Shown: in pieces, positions 28,480-41,861 of the stretch
Layout of the letters: every line of letters begins with the position of its first letter
Numbering within the stretch: the stretch's first letter is position 1
Origin: Octopus vulgaris
Lineage: Eukaryota
Reading direction: 5' to 3'
Length of the DNA: 64,000 bases
NCBI GenBank assembly: GCA_951406725.2
Contig: OX597818.1
Coordinates: forward strand, 97,154,001 to 97,218,000
Notes under the pieces: generated by a model
What the model was told of the DNA's origin: nothing
Seen by the model: only the letters and a program-made list of their open reading frames with translations
The model's database searches: none
Translations under genes and position numbers: made by a program

Positions 28480-29500
28480 TATATATCCTACGGCCGTTTC
28501 AGGAAAGGTATTTCAGAATGGGTCAACTATTCGTACCCTTCTCGAGTATATACGTTTCCTTCATCAGGAATTATAAGAAATTAGAAAAAAAATTTGTTTA
28601 GGTGATATCGAAAGATTTCATACTTAGACCAGGTATGCTAAGTTGTAATAAAAATTTGTTCAGATAACATAAATAAATTCTAAAATGATGCATTTACGGC
28701 TATTTTGAAATATATTGGGGATGAGAGGTTGGAGTTAAGGTTTCAATTATTAACATGGGTTGGCTATACTTTAATGAGAAAAAGATTTTAAAGAAGAAAA
28801 ATACCTATGTTTACAAAATATTAGAGCATCCGAAATCTTATTTAATAATATTTTCCTACTCGTACGAAGTATATTTATGGATTCTTTAGCGCATAGTCTA
28901 CACACTCTAGTGTGTGTTATATGGATTTGTTTGAGTAATTATTAACCAATCTAGTTTAAATTGTTTATTTGGCGCTTTTAAATTATCTCTCTGTCTGGCT
29001 GTCGAATTTGTCGTGCTCGTGTTTGTAAAAGAATTTTTATGCCCCCTATATCTAGTTTTAAAATCTATCGTACTCTCTATGTAGATTTTCTTGGGTTCTT
29101 TTGAGGTACTTACTTCACACTTATAAACTACATTTTTTCTCAAACATGACCCTTTTAACGGGCACGATTCTGGGAATCGGCAATTACAAGTTCTTTTTAA
29201 GGAAAATTTGATTATAACTCTCTTGATTATGTTCCATGGATTCCCTAGTATTCTTTTTAAGTTTAAATTTATTATTAGCAGCAACGACGATGGAGCCTAA
29301 ATTAGCTGATGTTGAATGTAACAATTTTAAACTAGATTTGTTAAAGATGGGATGATCTTTATGATCCGGAGGGGAGTTTTTTTTCAATGATCTTAAAGAA
29401 TAATTCGGGGAGATTCTTAACCTGAACGGAAAAAGGTGGGGTGAACCAAATTATTTCCCGCTTTCTAGTGGTATTATTCCTAACCTGTCGGTTTCTTACT
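28480..29500 (-). mobile_element. Penelope-like retroelement 3' fragment (RT C-terminal linker plus GIY-YIG endonuclease, frameshifted)
   Basis: Translations RKREIIWFTPPFS, HPIFNKSSLKL and CNCRFPESCPLKGSCLRKNVVYKCEV...IYIESTIDFKTRYRGHKNSF match the Penelope linker and GIY-YIG pattern. A hammerhead lies downstream. Confidence 0.88.
28485..28571 (-). ncRNA. Type I hammerhead ribozyme motif with canonical core, in the Penelope 3' region
   Basis: Minus strand reads auuc-CUGAUGA-aggaaa...uuuccu-GAAA-cggccg-UA^ggau, with palindrome ACGGCCGU. It lies about 340 bp downstream of the GIY-YIG ORF on the same strand. Confidence 0.85.
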
Positions 29501-29502
29501 GA

Positions 29503-30030
29503 TTTATACACGAAGAAGATAGCCTCTGTGCAGCATATAAGCTACTGGGAAAGACTCAAGAGATTAAAACTCTATTCCTTGGAGCGTAGGCGAGAAAGAT
29601 ATGCCATAATATACATCTGGAAGATCCTGGAAGGACTTGTCCCAAACTTTGGCATCGAGAGTTACACAAATGCCAGGACTGGGCGCCACTGCGTGGTGCC
29701 AAGGACTCCAAATTTGCCATCAAGATGTAGGACAAGATACTGTGATAGTCTGGGCTTCCGAGGCCCACAGCTCTTCAATATCCTCCCGAAGAACCTAAGA
29801 GACCTGCATGGGGTGGATGCAGATGTCTTTAAAATGAAATTGGATCTCTTCTTGTCAGGTATCTCAGATGAACCAACTTCATGGCAGGAGGTGCAGATGA
29901 GGGCAGCTGCATCGAACTTTCTCATGCACCAAATGGCAGTTGCTAAAAAGCATTCGTGAAGTAAAATCATGTAGCAACACCAAATGGCGGTGTCCCAGCA
30001 TGGCCACAGCTCGTGAGCTGAAACTAGATA
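29503..30030 (+). mobile_element. LINE (CR1/L2/Jockey-like) ORF2 3' end
   Basis: SYWERLKRLKLYSLERRRERYAIIYIWKIL...GPQLFNILPKNLR...FKMKLDLFL is a typical non-LTR ORF2 C-terminus. Confidence 0.85.
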
Positions 30031-30040
30031 AAATAAAAAT

Positions 30041-30072
<32 letters not shown>

Positions 30073-30360
30073 CGCGTGGGTTAGTGGTTAGGGTGTTGCA
30101 CTCACGATTGCAAGATTGCGGTTTTGATTCCCGGACCTGGTGTTGAGTTGTGTTTTTGAGCAAAGCTCTTCATTTCACGTTGCTCTACGATCAATTCGTC
30201 ATCTGACATGTGGCACATGGAGCACCTGTACTGGTAGTGTCGATTTGATGGAGGGAGTAAGCTTGTGTGAACACAAACATTTGATCATTATAAACAAATC
30301 ATCTGTGTGATTGTTCAGCAAAAAATTGCCGAACCCTCATACATCATCTGACAGGATATA

Positions 30361-30407
<47 letters not shown>

Positions 30408-30445
30408 CATACATACATACATACATACATACATACATACATACA

Positions 30446-30481
<36 letters not shown>

Positions 30482-30666
30482 TATACTTACATATTCCAAG
30501 AAAGTAAGAGATTATGAATCCAACCAACTAAGGGATAATATCTATCCAATATACTGCTGGTAGAATACCCAATTATTAATACACAAGTGTTTTTTATTGC
30601 ATTGCAATTACATTACCGAGTGTAATAAATGGGTGAAGGTAAAAAGATATTTTACCATTAATTCAT

Positions 30667-31945
30667 AGAGCAATAAGAAAATGGAGGGGATCAATAGGTG
30701 GTTTATCAACTTTTAGACATTATATTATGTCAACTTATTTATTTATTTATTTACTAAACTGACAATTACAAGAATATACATACATGTATAACATATTATG
30801 CTTTACATATAAAATATAAAATATATTAATATATAAAGATGCCAGTAATTATTACAATATAACATACAGGAATATAAATTGGGAAAATAACTTACGGCTC
30901 TTTCAGCCAAGAGGCAAAAATACCTCATTCTACCTTTATTACTCCAGTAGACTGAAGTAATAAGTAGATGAAATTGAGGTACTTGGGTGTTTCTCTACAC
31001 TTCGTCAGAGATTTTATAAAGTACATAAGGTTAAGTTCTAAATATATATAAATATAAAATAAATAAAAATACACACACATTTAAATACTTATACATATAC
31101 ATATGCATACATATATAATTATACATAAATACTTATATATACACTTAAATGTACACACATATTTACATTTATAAGCATACACAATAATAAATTATTATTA
31201 ATATTAGATGCATTCTATTATTCATATTAGATAAAATATAAAATATAAATAGATTTTTGAAAGTTATAAGAATAGTAATTTTGCAATTTATAAAATCAAT
31301 ATATCTTAAAGTTATTTCAGTTATGTCAGAACGAAACTGCATACACATGAGGAACATATATATACATATGCACACATACATATACGCACAAATATATATA
31401 TACATATATATTTTTCCATTCAAACATACTTATATGTACATACGTATTATATGTGTTTAGAATGTAGGATCAGTGTATTAGTTTGTATCATTATGATTAT
31501 AAATATAATTATAAGAATAATACGCAGAGTAATTAATATTCACATATAGAAACGTGGTATGCTTATTACTTCGTTATTTTTTCCTTACTTTTTTCTTTAA
31601 TCTCTGACGAAGCCGAGAGAAACACCCAAGTACCTCAAATTCATCTACTTATTACTTCAGTCTACTGGAGGGATAATGGTAGAATGAGGTATTTTTGCCT
31701 CTTGGCTGAAAGAGCCGTAAGTTATTTTCCCAATTTATATTCCTGTATGTTATATTGTAATAATCACTGGTATCTTTACATATCAATATATTTTATATTT
31801 TATATGTAAAGCATAATATGTTATACATGTATGTATATTCTTGTAATTGTCAGTTTAGTAAATAAATAAATAAATAAATAAGTTGACATAATATAATGTC
31901 TAAAAGTTGATGAACCACCTATTGATCCCCTCCATTTTCTCATTG

Positions 31946-31949
<4 letters not shown>
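30667..31949. repeat. About 350-bp inverted repeat pair (30667-31013 / 31599-31949)
   Basis: The arms are reverse complements with few substitutions, around an AT-rich spacer of about 585 bp. Confidence 0.9.
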
Positions 31950-32011
<62 letters not shown>

Positions 32012-32012
32012 G

Positions 32013-32559
32013 CAGTAATCCCTCGACTATCGCGGGTGTTACGTTCCAAAACTACTTGCGATAGGTGAAAATCCGCGAAGTAGAAACAGTACTGTACTGT
32101 ATATTTTGTAAAATCATTTTTATAATTTATACATATTTATTTTATTATAAATGCCAAACAACACCACACATTCGCCTCCCGAGTTTCGTTTTCCATACAG
32201 TATGTGTGATTCTTTGTTACATCATCTACAGTACAGTACGTATTTTCTTTTAATATATTTTAATTAATGTGTTATACAGTGCAGTACTGTATTGTATTAA
32301 AAAAGAAACCTCACCAAAAACGAACAAATACTTACCAATTAAAAAAAATCTTTATTATCTATTTATTAATTTTTAGGCGTGGAAATGCTTATTTTTCCAC
32401 AGAAATAATTAAAATCTAAAAAAATATAAATTCCTATCGGTCACAGAAACCCGCGATATACTGAGGAGTCCGCGATATAAATTTTCATATATAAGCCAGA
32501 AAAATCCGCGATGTACTGAGGGCGAGATAGGTGAATCGCGATGTGGTGAGTGATTGCTG
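32013..32559. mobile_element. Tigger-like MITE
   Basis: Imperfect TIRs cagtaatccctcgactatcgcg / cgcgatgtggtgagtgattgctg, with internal ccgcga repeats. Confidence 0.75.
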
Positions 32560-32615
32560 TATGTATGTATGTATGTATGTATGTATGTATGTATGTATGT
32601 ATGTATGTATGTATG

Positions 32616-32699
<84 letters not shown>

Positions 32700-33595
32700 A
32701 TATATAAAAATACAAAATGGGACAAGAACGCAAAACACTCAAATAGACGACACAAAAAACGGACGGGTCATTCGAAGCCTCTAATCTTCAGTCAAGAACC
32801 GGATCATCCTCGCAATTTCGGCTGATTAATCTTGAGATCGTTCCGATCCGGCCAGCCCCAAGGAAAAACTAAGCTACAAGAATTAGATTTCTTGGGAAAA
32901 GGATCGAATGTATACGAAACAAGGACAGAAAAACAGACGATGCCACACGAATATAAATACAAAAAACAATAATAGTAATAACAGGACAAAAACAGCGGGT
33001 GTCTTACGACTTTATATATATGTATGTATCTTTTATCTTTTTGCTGTTTCAGTCATTAGACTGCGGCCGTGCTGAATGAATCAATCGACCCCAGTACTTT
33101 TTCTTTTCTTTTTTTCTTTTATGCCTGGTACTTATTCTATCGATCCCTTTGCTGAACCACTAGGTTAAGGGGACGTGAACACACCAACATCGGTTGCCAA
33201 GCCGTTGTGGGACACACACACATACACACACATATATAGCAGGCTTCTTTCAGTTTCCATCTATCAAATCCACTCACAAGGCTTTGGTCGACTTGAGGCT
33301 ATAGAAGAAGACACTTGTCCAAGCAACCACACAACCACGTCATTCTTCTGAAGACCGTAACCTATGAGTAAATGCACTCATTATAACTCTATATTTCTTA
33401 TTTCTTTATTGCCCACAAGGGGCTAAACATAGAGGGGACAAACAAGGACAGACAAAGGGATGAAGTCGATTACAACGACCCCAGTGCATTTCGCCCAGAG
33501 CGCTAACGTTTCTGCCAACTCGCCGCCTTATATATAACTCTATATTTCTGTGAATAGTCTGTTTCTCTCTCTTTACACATACACACACACACATG

Positions 33596-33674
<79 letters not shown>

Positions 33675-33950
33675 TTACATATATAAGGCCGAGACACTTT
33701 TTTCATAAATCAAAAGTTAAAATTTAACTTGGAGGAATAAATGTCCTAAACATTTCCACTAACTGTCTCAAGTTTAAAATGAAGTCCTCTTTTTGAAGCC
33801 CTATTTTTTTTTTCCGATTGCCAAACAGTCTGCACTTTCTTGAAAAGGTGAAATAAGGATTTCATTTAATATTTTGTATAAGTATTATCGTCAGCTAAAT
33901 GCAGAGTGTGTGTGTGAGTTTGTATAAAATGTTAATATATAATGATGAAT

Positions 33951-34183
33951 AAGGCGGCGAGCTGGCAGAAACGTTAGCACGCCGGGCGAAATGCGTTGCT
34001 GTATTTCGTCTGCCGTTACGTTCCGAGTTCAAATTCCGCCGAGGTCGACTTTGCCTTTCATCCTTCCGGGGTCGATAAATTAAGTACCAGTTACGCACTG
34101 GGGTCGATGTAATCGACTTAATCCGTTTGTCTGTCCTTGTTTGTCTCCTCTGTGTTTAGCCCCTTGTGGGTAGTAAAGAAATA
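33951..34183 (+). mobile_element. tRNA-derived SINE family A (Meta-like central domain), full copy
   Basis: A-box-like gagctggcagaaacgttagc, B-box gagttcaaattcc and core gcctttcatccttccggggtcgataaattaagtacc. Many copies occur in the window. Confidence 0.85.
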
Positions 34184-34965
34184 AATATATAATGATGAGT
34201 TGGCGAGCTGGCAGGACCGTTAGCAGGGGTGGGCCCGAGGGTGGGCGGGGGAACTGAGGAACACGTGCACCACTCAAGAAAAGAAGTGCGCCCTTCTAAA
34301 TAATGTTATTACGCCCTTTTCTCCTGGAATTGCATACCCTTCTGACCTTGTGCCCTCCCCTCGAAAAATTTCTGGGACCGCGCCTGGTTAGAAAGTTGAA
34401 CAAACTGCGCAGTAGCATTTCTTCCAGCCCTTTACGTTCCGAGTTCAAATCCCGCTGAGGTTAACTTATGGTTTCTTCGTTTCGGGATCGATGAAAAAAA
34501 AAAAGAAAAAAGAAAAAAAGAAATACCAGTTGAGCACTGGATTCGTTGTAGTTGATTAATCTCTTCCCTTAAAAAATATTCCAGGCCTTGGTAAGGATAG
34601 TAGAAAGGATATATAATGTTAATTGCTTTTAAAAACGCGCTAATTTTGTCTTTGATTATCAATACCAAAACGTTGATAACACTACGCAGTAATATGTCAA
34701 GAAGAGCTGTTTAAATGTTTCATAACGACAAAGAATTTAAGATTTTACACTGACTGGGAATTGTTTCAGTTTGGAAATAAAATTTAAGGTAGTGATTCTG
34801 AGAGATCACCAGGTAAGTTACGTACCCTCCCATTAAAATCTAAGGAACACCATCTAGACTCAACAATTTTTTTTTTCTTTTTACTTTTAAAAGATAACGA
34901 AAATAAACAAACTTTATCAGATGGAAACTTCACACGAAACATTTGGTCAATAAATGAGCGTTTAC

Positions 34966-35525
34966 AAGGCGGCGAGCTGGCAGAAATGTTAGCACGCCGG
35001 GCGAAATGCTAAGCGGTATTTCGTCTGCCGTGACGTTCTGAGTTCAAATTCCGCTGAGGTCGACTTTGTCTTTCATCCTTTCGGGGTCGATAAATTAAGT
35101 ACCAGTGACGCACTGGGGTCGATGTAATCGACTTAATCCGTTTGTCTGTCCTTGTTTGTCCCCTCTGTGTTTAGTCCCTTGTGGGTAGTAAAGAAACAGG
35201 TATTTCGTCTGCCGCTACGTTCTGAGTTCAAATTCCGCCGAGGTCGACTTTGCCTTTCATCCTTTCGGGGTTGATTAAATAAGTCCCCTCTGTATGTAGC
35301 CCCTTGTGGGTAGTAAAGAAATAAGAAACGTTAGCACGCCGGGGCGACACGCTTTGCGGTATTTCGTCTGTCTTTATGTTCTGAGTTCAAATTCCACCGA
35401 GGTCGACATTGTTTTTCCTCTTTTCGGAGTCGATAAATTAAGTATCAGTTAAACACTTGGATCGATCTTATCGACTGCCCCACCTCCAAAAAATTTCGGG
35501 CCTTGTGCCTAGAGTAGAAAAGAAT
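34966..35525 (+). mobile_element. SINE family A, tandem trimer-like array
   Basis: Three successive gtatttcgtctg...gagttcaaattcc units. Confidence 0.85.
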
Positions 35526-35764
35526 AAATGATCGTTAATAGACTAAAGACTTATTAAAGCGGTTGATTTATCTTTTAGATTTTACTTGTTCCAGTGATTG
35601 GACTGCGACCACGTTGGGGCACCGCCTTGAAGGGTTTTTGTTAAACGAATCGACCCCAGTACTTATTTTAAAAGCCTGGTACTTATTGTGTTGTCGAACC
35701 GCTAAGTGAAGGAAATCTAGACAAACCGATACCAATTGTCAAGCGGCAATGGAAGACAAATACT

Positions 35765-35847
<83 letters not shown>

Positions 35848-36465
35848 ACACACATACACACACATACACACACATACACACATACACACACACACACACA
35901 CATACATACACACACATTCACATGTGTGTAATGAATAACTCAATAATAGATACTTAGGCAAGATTCGAAACCGAATCTAAATTTTTCCACCCGTTCCTTT
36001 CCTACTGTTTACAACTTTTGCACTTAGAAATTTATAAGAGTCAACTGTCACTCTCATAAAAGTTAACATTCTTGGGTTAAATATAGTACAAGAGAGATCA
36101 ACCAATTACCTTCCTATGATCTTTGACCTACATACAACTTTCCAACATAAGGTGATTAAAATCAAAATAAGCAACAAGGATATCCAGAGGTAATGCAGTA
36201 CGATCGTTTCGTTTTGCATTACCTCTGGATATCCTTGTTGCTTATTTTGATTTTAATCACCTTAATTTGAAATTATATGGTTAATACCGTACTAAATTCT
36301 GGTGCCTCAACTTATGTACCATATTCATCTGAATCTAAATTTTTACAACTTTCCAACATATATAAATAAATACGGTAACCAAATTCAAGTCTTCCTTATT
36401 TCTTTCGGCGTCGATGGAGGAAACCCCTTATGTAGGAACTACATAGCTCTTACCCTCTCTACTTT

Positions 36466-36516
<51 letters not shown>

Positions 36517-36549
36517 ATCTATCTTTCTTTCTTTCTTTCCTTCTTTCCT

Positions 36550-36581
<32 letters not shown>

Positions 36582-37475
36582 CTTCTCTTTCCACCAATCT
36601 TCTAGCAGTCAACAAAAACAAAGTTAAATAATACCTACAGAATGAATAACAGAACGGCAAATGATTTGTGTATAATGATAGCTTGAAATTGTACCTTACA
36701 TTGTAACGATGAAAATTAAGAATCATTTCAATTAAAAAATAATATTTTTCTTTCTCTCATTTTAATTGATACATACCACCATTCTATATATATACGTGTG
36801 TGTGTGTGAGTGTGTGTGTGTGTGAGTGTGTGAGTGTGTGCGTGTGGTTGGGGAGCAAACTTCGGATCTTTTCCCTTTCAACGGCAGATCGAGAAATTAA
36901 TTTTTTTGTAACTAAACACTTTCAAACTTAGGACACTGGTAGAATGTGTCATATAAAACATCTTTTACTCTTAGTGTTGCTGAGAAAAGTTTATATTTTC
37001 AAAGTTATTTCGTGTTAAAGTTGTCGTATTTCGGTAATTTCAACCAATCAATGACGTGTACTTAGCTGAATAAAGTTACTGCTGTTGATTGTCAACAACA
37101 ACTTCCGGCGGTGTATATTTTGTTTGTCACTGTTATTTATGACGTATTTCTTCTCAGTTACGTTTGTATGAATAAACGAGTGTATCTCAAGCATGTTTAC
37201 TTCATGGCACCACCGTAATCGTTCGTGTATTTCTACTGCTTTTAGTTTTTTTCCTGTTTTTCAGCTACTATTTTCGGAAAGACTTCCTCTTCCCCACTCC
37301 ATTTTCTCGTAAACTATTGTTGTAAAAAAGTTTTTTTGCCAAAAACCCAGCTTTTCGGATACGGAGATTCCGGAAAATTGCCAAAAATCGGAATTTTGAA
37401 ATTTTCTGCCCCCCTTACGCTTCCCCCTCCAATGTCTTCATTTTTCACTTTTTTCCGTAACTCAAACACTAAAAT

Positions 37476-37595
37476 CCCAACCCTAACCCTAAAACCCTAA
37501 CCCTAACCCTAACTCTAAAACCCTAACCCTAACTCTAAAACCCTAACCCTAACCCTAACTCTAAAGCCCTAACCCTAACCCTAAAAACCTAAAGC
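37476..37595 (+). repeat. Interstitial (TAACCC)n telomeric-like repeat
   Basis: Degenerate aaccct units interspersed with aactct and aaaaccct variants. Confidence 0.9.
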
Positions 37596-38411
37596 TAAAC
37601 GCACGAACGATGTTATAAATAACAGTGACAAATGAAAATACACCTCCGATAGTTGTTGCTGACAAACAACGGCAGTAATACTATTATTGTGCCTTTGACT
37701 TGAAAGTGAAGAAGAATTTGCATCTATCTACAAGATGGTGTGGAGGCGCATGATTTAGTGTTTAGGGTGTTTGATTCATAATCGTAAGATTATGGTTTCG
37801 ATTTCTGGACTGAGCGATGCGTTGTGTTCTTGAGCAAAACACTTAATTTCACTTTGCTTCAATCTGCTCAGAAGGCAAAAATAATTAATCCTGCGTCGGA
37901 TCGGCGTCCCATCCAGAGGGGAAATATATACTCCGCGGAAACCGGTGAAACCGGCCCTTGAGGCTGTGTGACTCGGGAAGGATATAGAATTGTAGTGCAA
38001 TCAACTAACGTTTTTCTATCTAGTTTTCTTTAAACTATAGTATAATACACTGCAGTAGTTTCTCGTTGTAAATGCATGACCAACTTACGGGTAAGCTTTA
38101 TACATGTGTATCTGATGAAGCATGTTCAGTCATGAACTTTACAACTTTCATACTTACATTGAAATTAGATCTACAATAGTTACAAATCGTTGATAAACTG
38201 CTTTGTATAATTTCGACGCCCAACTGTTTAGCAAGAAGTTTGAATTATTTTAGTTCTGACCATAGTAGAATGCCTCTAATTGACGAGAGCAGGAAACGAA
38301 CTCAAAACGATAAGGTATGCAGCAAAGCAGTATCAGACCGTGGACCATTTGGTAGAGAAATTTATTTCTATTTTATTGACTATCGCAGTCTTCTGGGTGT
38401 TTTGCAATAAA

Positions 38412-38707
38412 TCATCTATAAAGCTGAAATGCGAAAAAGTTGTTTGATTTCTTGGTTATTTGTCTCATTTTGGGATGGGAACGGTAGACGGGGTCGGATT
38501 GGCGCCAAAATTTACACTGGGGGTAAAATGGGGTGGGCAATGGTGTGAGGAGGGTTGCAAGTCGCTCAGTGGTACCGTTTGGTTGCCATGGTGAGGAATA
38601 TGGGAAAGGCAAAGAAGACGAACAAAAGAAGAAAGGGAAAAGGAGACAACACGCACAAAACAACACCACCACCAAAACCCGAGCGAAGCACGGGTCAAAA
38701 TAGCTAG
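38412..38707 (+). mobile_element. Non-autonomous Helitron
   Basis: TC start, cccgagcgaagcacggg hairpin and CTAG|T end. Confidence 0.75.
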
Positions 38708-38850
38708 TATATATTATATATGTAATAATTAAATTATATATTATGCACTTTATTGTGTTTTGTTATGCGCATGATATCTCGGTCCGTGGAAAAATGTCTT
38801 GCATGAAACCGGTCCGTAGTACAAAAAGGTTGGGGACCGCTGCTGCGAAG

Positions 38851-40155
38851 TACCTAAGATTTATTGACTGCCAACTGCACACTTTTCCATTATCTAATCG
38901 CACTTTCACCAAGAGTACTTCTAGGTTGCTCGCACTGCCTTCAGCGCTTGCGTGCTAAAAGGCAGTACTCTTGTGGTTATGTAACCGAAGTTTGACCTTG
39001 ATCGCTTCAGTTTTCTTTCTTGTGTTCCAGAATAATCATAGCTGCTCCGCTGGCTTGTGTGCTCCACAGACGAACAGAAATCAGCAATCCGATTTCACTG
39101 GTCTGAAGGAAATTTATCGCAGGCTTTCACTATCGTATGAAGACAACGCTCTACTGCGTAGAATTGTGTATGAGCGGATCGAGAAGTTAAAAAATGGTTG
39201 GACAATCGTGAAGCACAAAGAGGGGACAGGGCGCTCATCAACCTCCCCACTGACATGAAGATTCATTAAGCTCGAGAGATGGTTCTGGCGAACCGACGAG
39301 TGACCGTCGATGAAGCGATGTGCTCTCTACAAATTGGTCTTGGTCCTACATACGAAGCCATCCACAACAAGCTCCGCTTCCGTAAAATCTATGCGAAGTG
39401 GGTGCCAAGAAAGTTTACCGAAGTGTATAAGCGCTATCGTGTGGAGAGTTGTTAAAGCTTACTCGACTGCTACAGCGACAAAATCGAAGCTTGTTTGGAG
39501 AGAATAGTTACTGGAGATGGGACCTAAGCCCATCACTTTGAGCCTGAATCCAAAAGGCAGATTATGGAGTGGAGACACCTGGAATCGCCAGTAAAAAAGA
39601 AATTCAAGATACAACCTTCCACTGGAAAAGTGATGATAACCATTTTCTGGGATGCAAAGTGCCTATACTGGAGCATCACCTGGAAAAATGGTCTACAGTT
39701 ACTAATATAGGCTGCAGTGAAATGCTGGTCAACAAACTGAAACCAGCTATTCGCACCAAACGCCGACGTCCATTGTCAAAGCAATTGTTATTGTTTCACG
39801 ACAATAATGGCCCATATACGACCTCATACACCGTTGAAACCATTGAAAATTGGGTTACGAGTTGCTGGAACACCTAGCATACCATCCAGATCTCGCTCCT
39901 TCTGACTATCACCTCTTTGGACCGCCCAAGTATATCGTTTACGAGGTTGTCGGTTTGCTACGGACGAATGGTCGCACATAAATGACTGCGTGACCAGCCG
40001 AAAGCCTTGTTCACCGATGGAATAAGCGAGGTTGTGGACCGCTGGAAGAAGTGCATCGAAAAGAAAGAAAGCTATGTCGAAAAATGATGTAATTGTTCAA
40101 CCTCTGATTTTGTTTTAATAAACAAGAGTGAGTGTAATTTTTGATCAATTAGTTA
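38851..40155 (+). mobile_element. Near full-length decayed mariner transposon
   Basis: Motifs WVPR, IVTGD, LLFHDNNGPY and YHPDLAPSDYHLF occur across frameshifted ORFs. Confidence 0.9.
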
Positions 40156-40418
40156 TAATTGCGATTACTTTGTTATTGCAACTCACAGGTTTGTGTTACT
40201 ATTTATGCGATAATTTTTTTTACCTAGTTGAGGACCATTTTGCACACTCCGATATGCAGTGATGACTAGTATTGAGTGCAGTGTGACAGCTTGGGAATGC
40301 GTTGGTTCCTTAGTTGACAAGAGTGGTTGTCTGTTATTCTAAATGTGTAGCAATATTAAGTTATGAATCACTATTTTAACGGTGGAAGCATCATCAAAAA
40401 TAGCAGAGACAATGGCAA

Positions 40419-41034
40419 TAATGATTTCAAATTTTGGCTCAAGGCCAGCAATTTAAGGATGTTAGTCGATTACATTGACCCTTATACTTGAATGTTACTT
40501 TATTTAATCGACTTTGAAGGATTGAAAGCAAAGTTGAACTCGATGGAATTTGAACTCAGAACCTAATGCGTCGGATGAAATACCGCGAAGTATTTTTGAC
40601 CGTCGCGTAACGATTATTGTTTCTTTATTGCCAACAAGGGGCTAAACATAGAGGGGACAAACAAGGACAGACAAAGGAATTGAGTCGATTACATCGACCC
40701 CAGTGCGTAACTGGTACTTAATTTATCGACCCCGAAAGGATGAAAGGCAAAGTCGACCTCGACGGAATTTGAACTCAGAACGTAGCGGCAGAGGAAATAC
40801 CTATTTCTTTACTATCCACAAGGGGCTAAACACAGAGGGAACAAACAAGGACAGACAAACGGATTAAGTCGATTATATCGACCCCAGTGTGTAACTGTTA
40901 TTTAATTTATCGACCCCGAAAGGATGAAAGGCAAAGTCGACTTCGGCGGAATTTGAACTCAGAACGTAACGGCAGAGGAAATACCGCTTAGCATTTCGCC
41001 CGGCGTGCTAACGTTTCTGCCAGCTCGCCGCCTT
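40419..41034 (-). mobile_element. SINE family A cluster (dimer at 40620-41034 plus an older copy)
   Basis: Repeated gaatttgaactcagaacg and cgaccccgaaaggatgaaaggc segments. Confidence 0.85.
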
Positions 41035-41861
41035 ACAAGGGCAATAATACAATAGATACAAACGAATCAACACCACAAAGCTTGTCATGTCTCCATCAAC
41101 ACAACGAACAACAACCACAGAAATAAGGGGCCAACGAAGGCGCCTCTACGCGACTGTTCGACCTGCTAGAAATAGTGACCAAATCACTTTCAATTTAGGT
41201 CATACCGTTTAAATGGAGAAGGACACAACAGAAAATGTGATCCCAGATAAAGTATTTGAATAAAAGGTGGGACAATTATTGCTGGAACGCCTTTGATCAT
41301 AAGTTTGCTCAATCAGAACTGGTTAAGCATCATCGACAACAACAACAATCACAAAAATTATCAACACTAACAATAACAAGGATTCATATAAAATAGTATC
41401 TCATGACAGGCAGTAAGTAACACTGGCCATGAAACAATACAAAGTCAACATCATTAACCAATAACAACCTTTGTCAGTTAAAAAAGAGAATCAAAATAAT
41501 AGAAAAACCCTTTAAATCCGTTGATTAATTCTAATCCTTTATCACAGCACGAATGAAATTATGGGTTGATATTTTAAATCCATCTTATCTGTATTAGAAA
41601 CTGCAACAGCCGAAACTCTCTCTTCATCTCCAATATTAAAAATGTTTAAATACACGCACATGCATACACGTATATACACACACAAACATACACACTCATC
41701 GTATATTTGTGTCTATACTCTACAGACAGATTATAAGGGATAGATTGTCTTTTGACTTCTTAATTGATTATCTCGGTCGAATGTTAGTTGAGATGTACAT
41801 TAATCTGACAAATGTTAAATCTAAACTCGGTAAACTGACATTGCCCACGAAATGATGAATA

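Noticed and set aside
33951-34045. tRNA genes
   Set aside because: The A/B boxes belong to SINE heads, and no complete cloverleaf is present.
34805-34818. Strong donor CAG|GTAAGT as a possible tetraspanin 5' UTR exon
   Set aside because: A lone consensus match with no supporting acceptor or promoter evidence.
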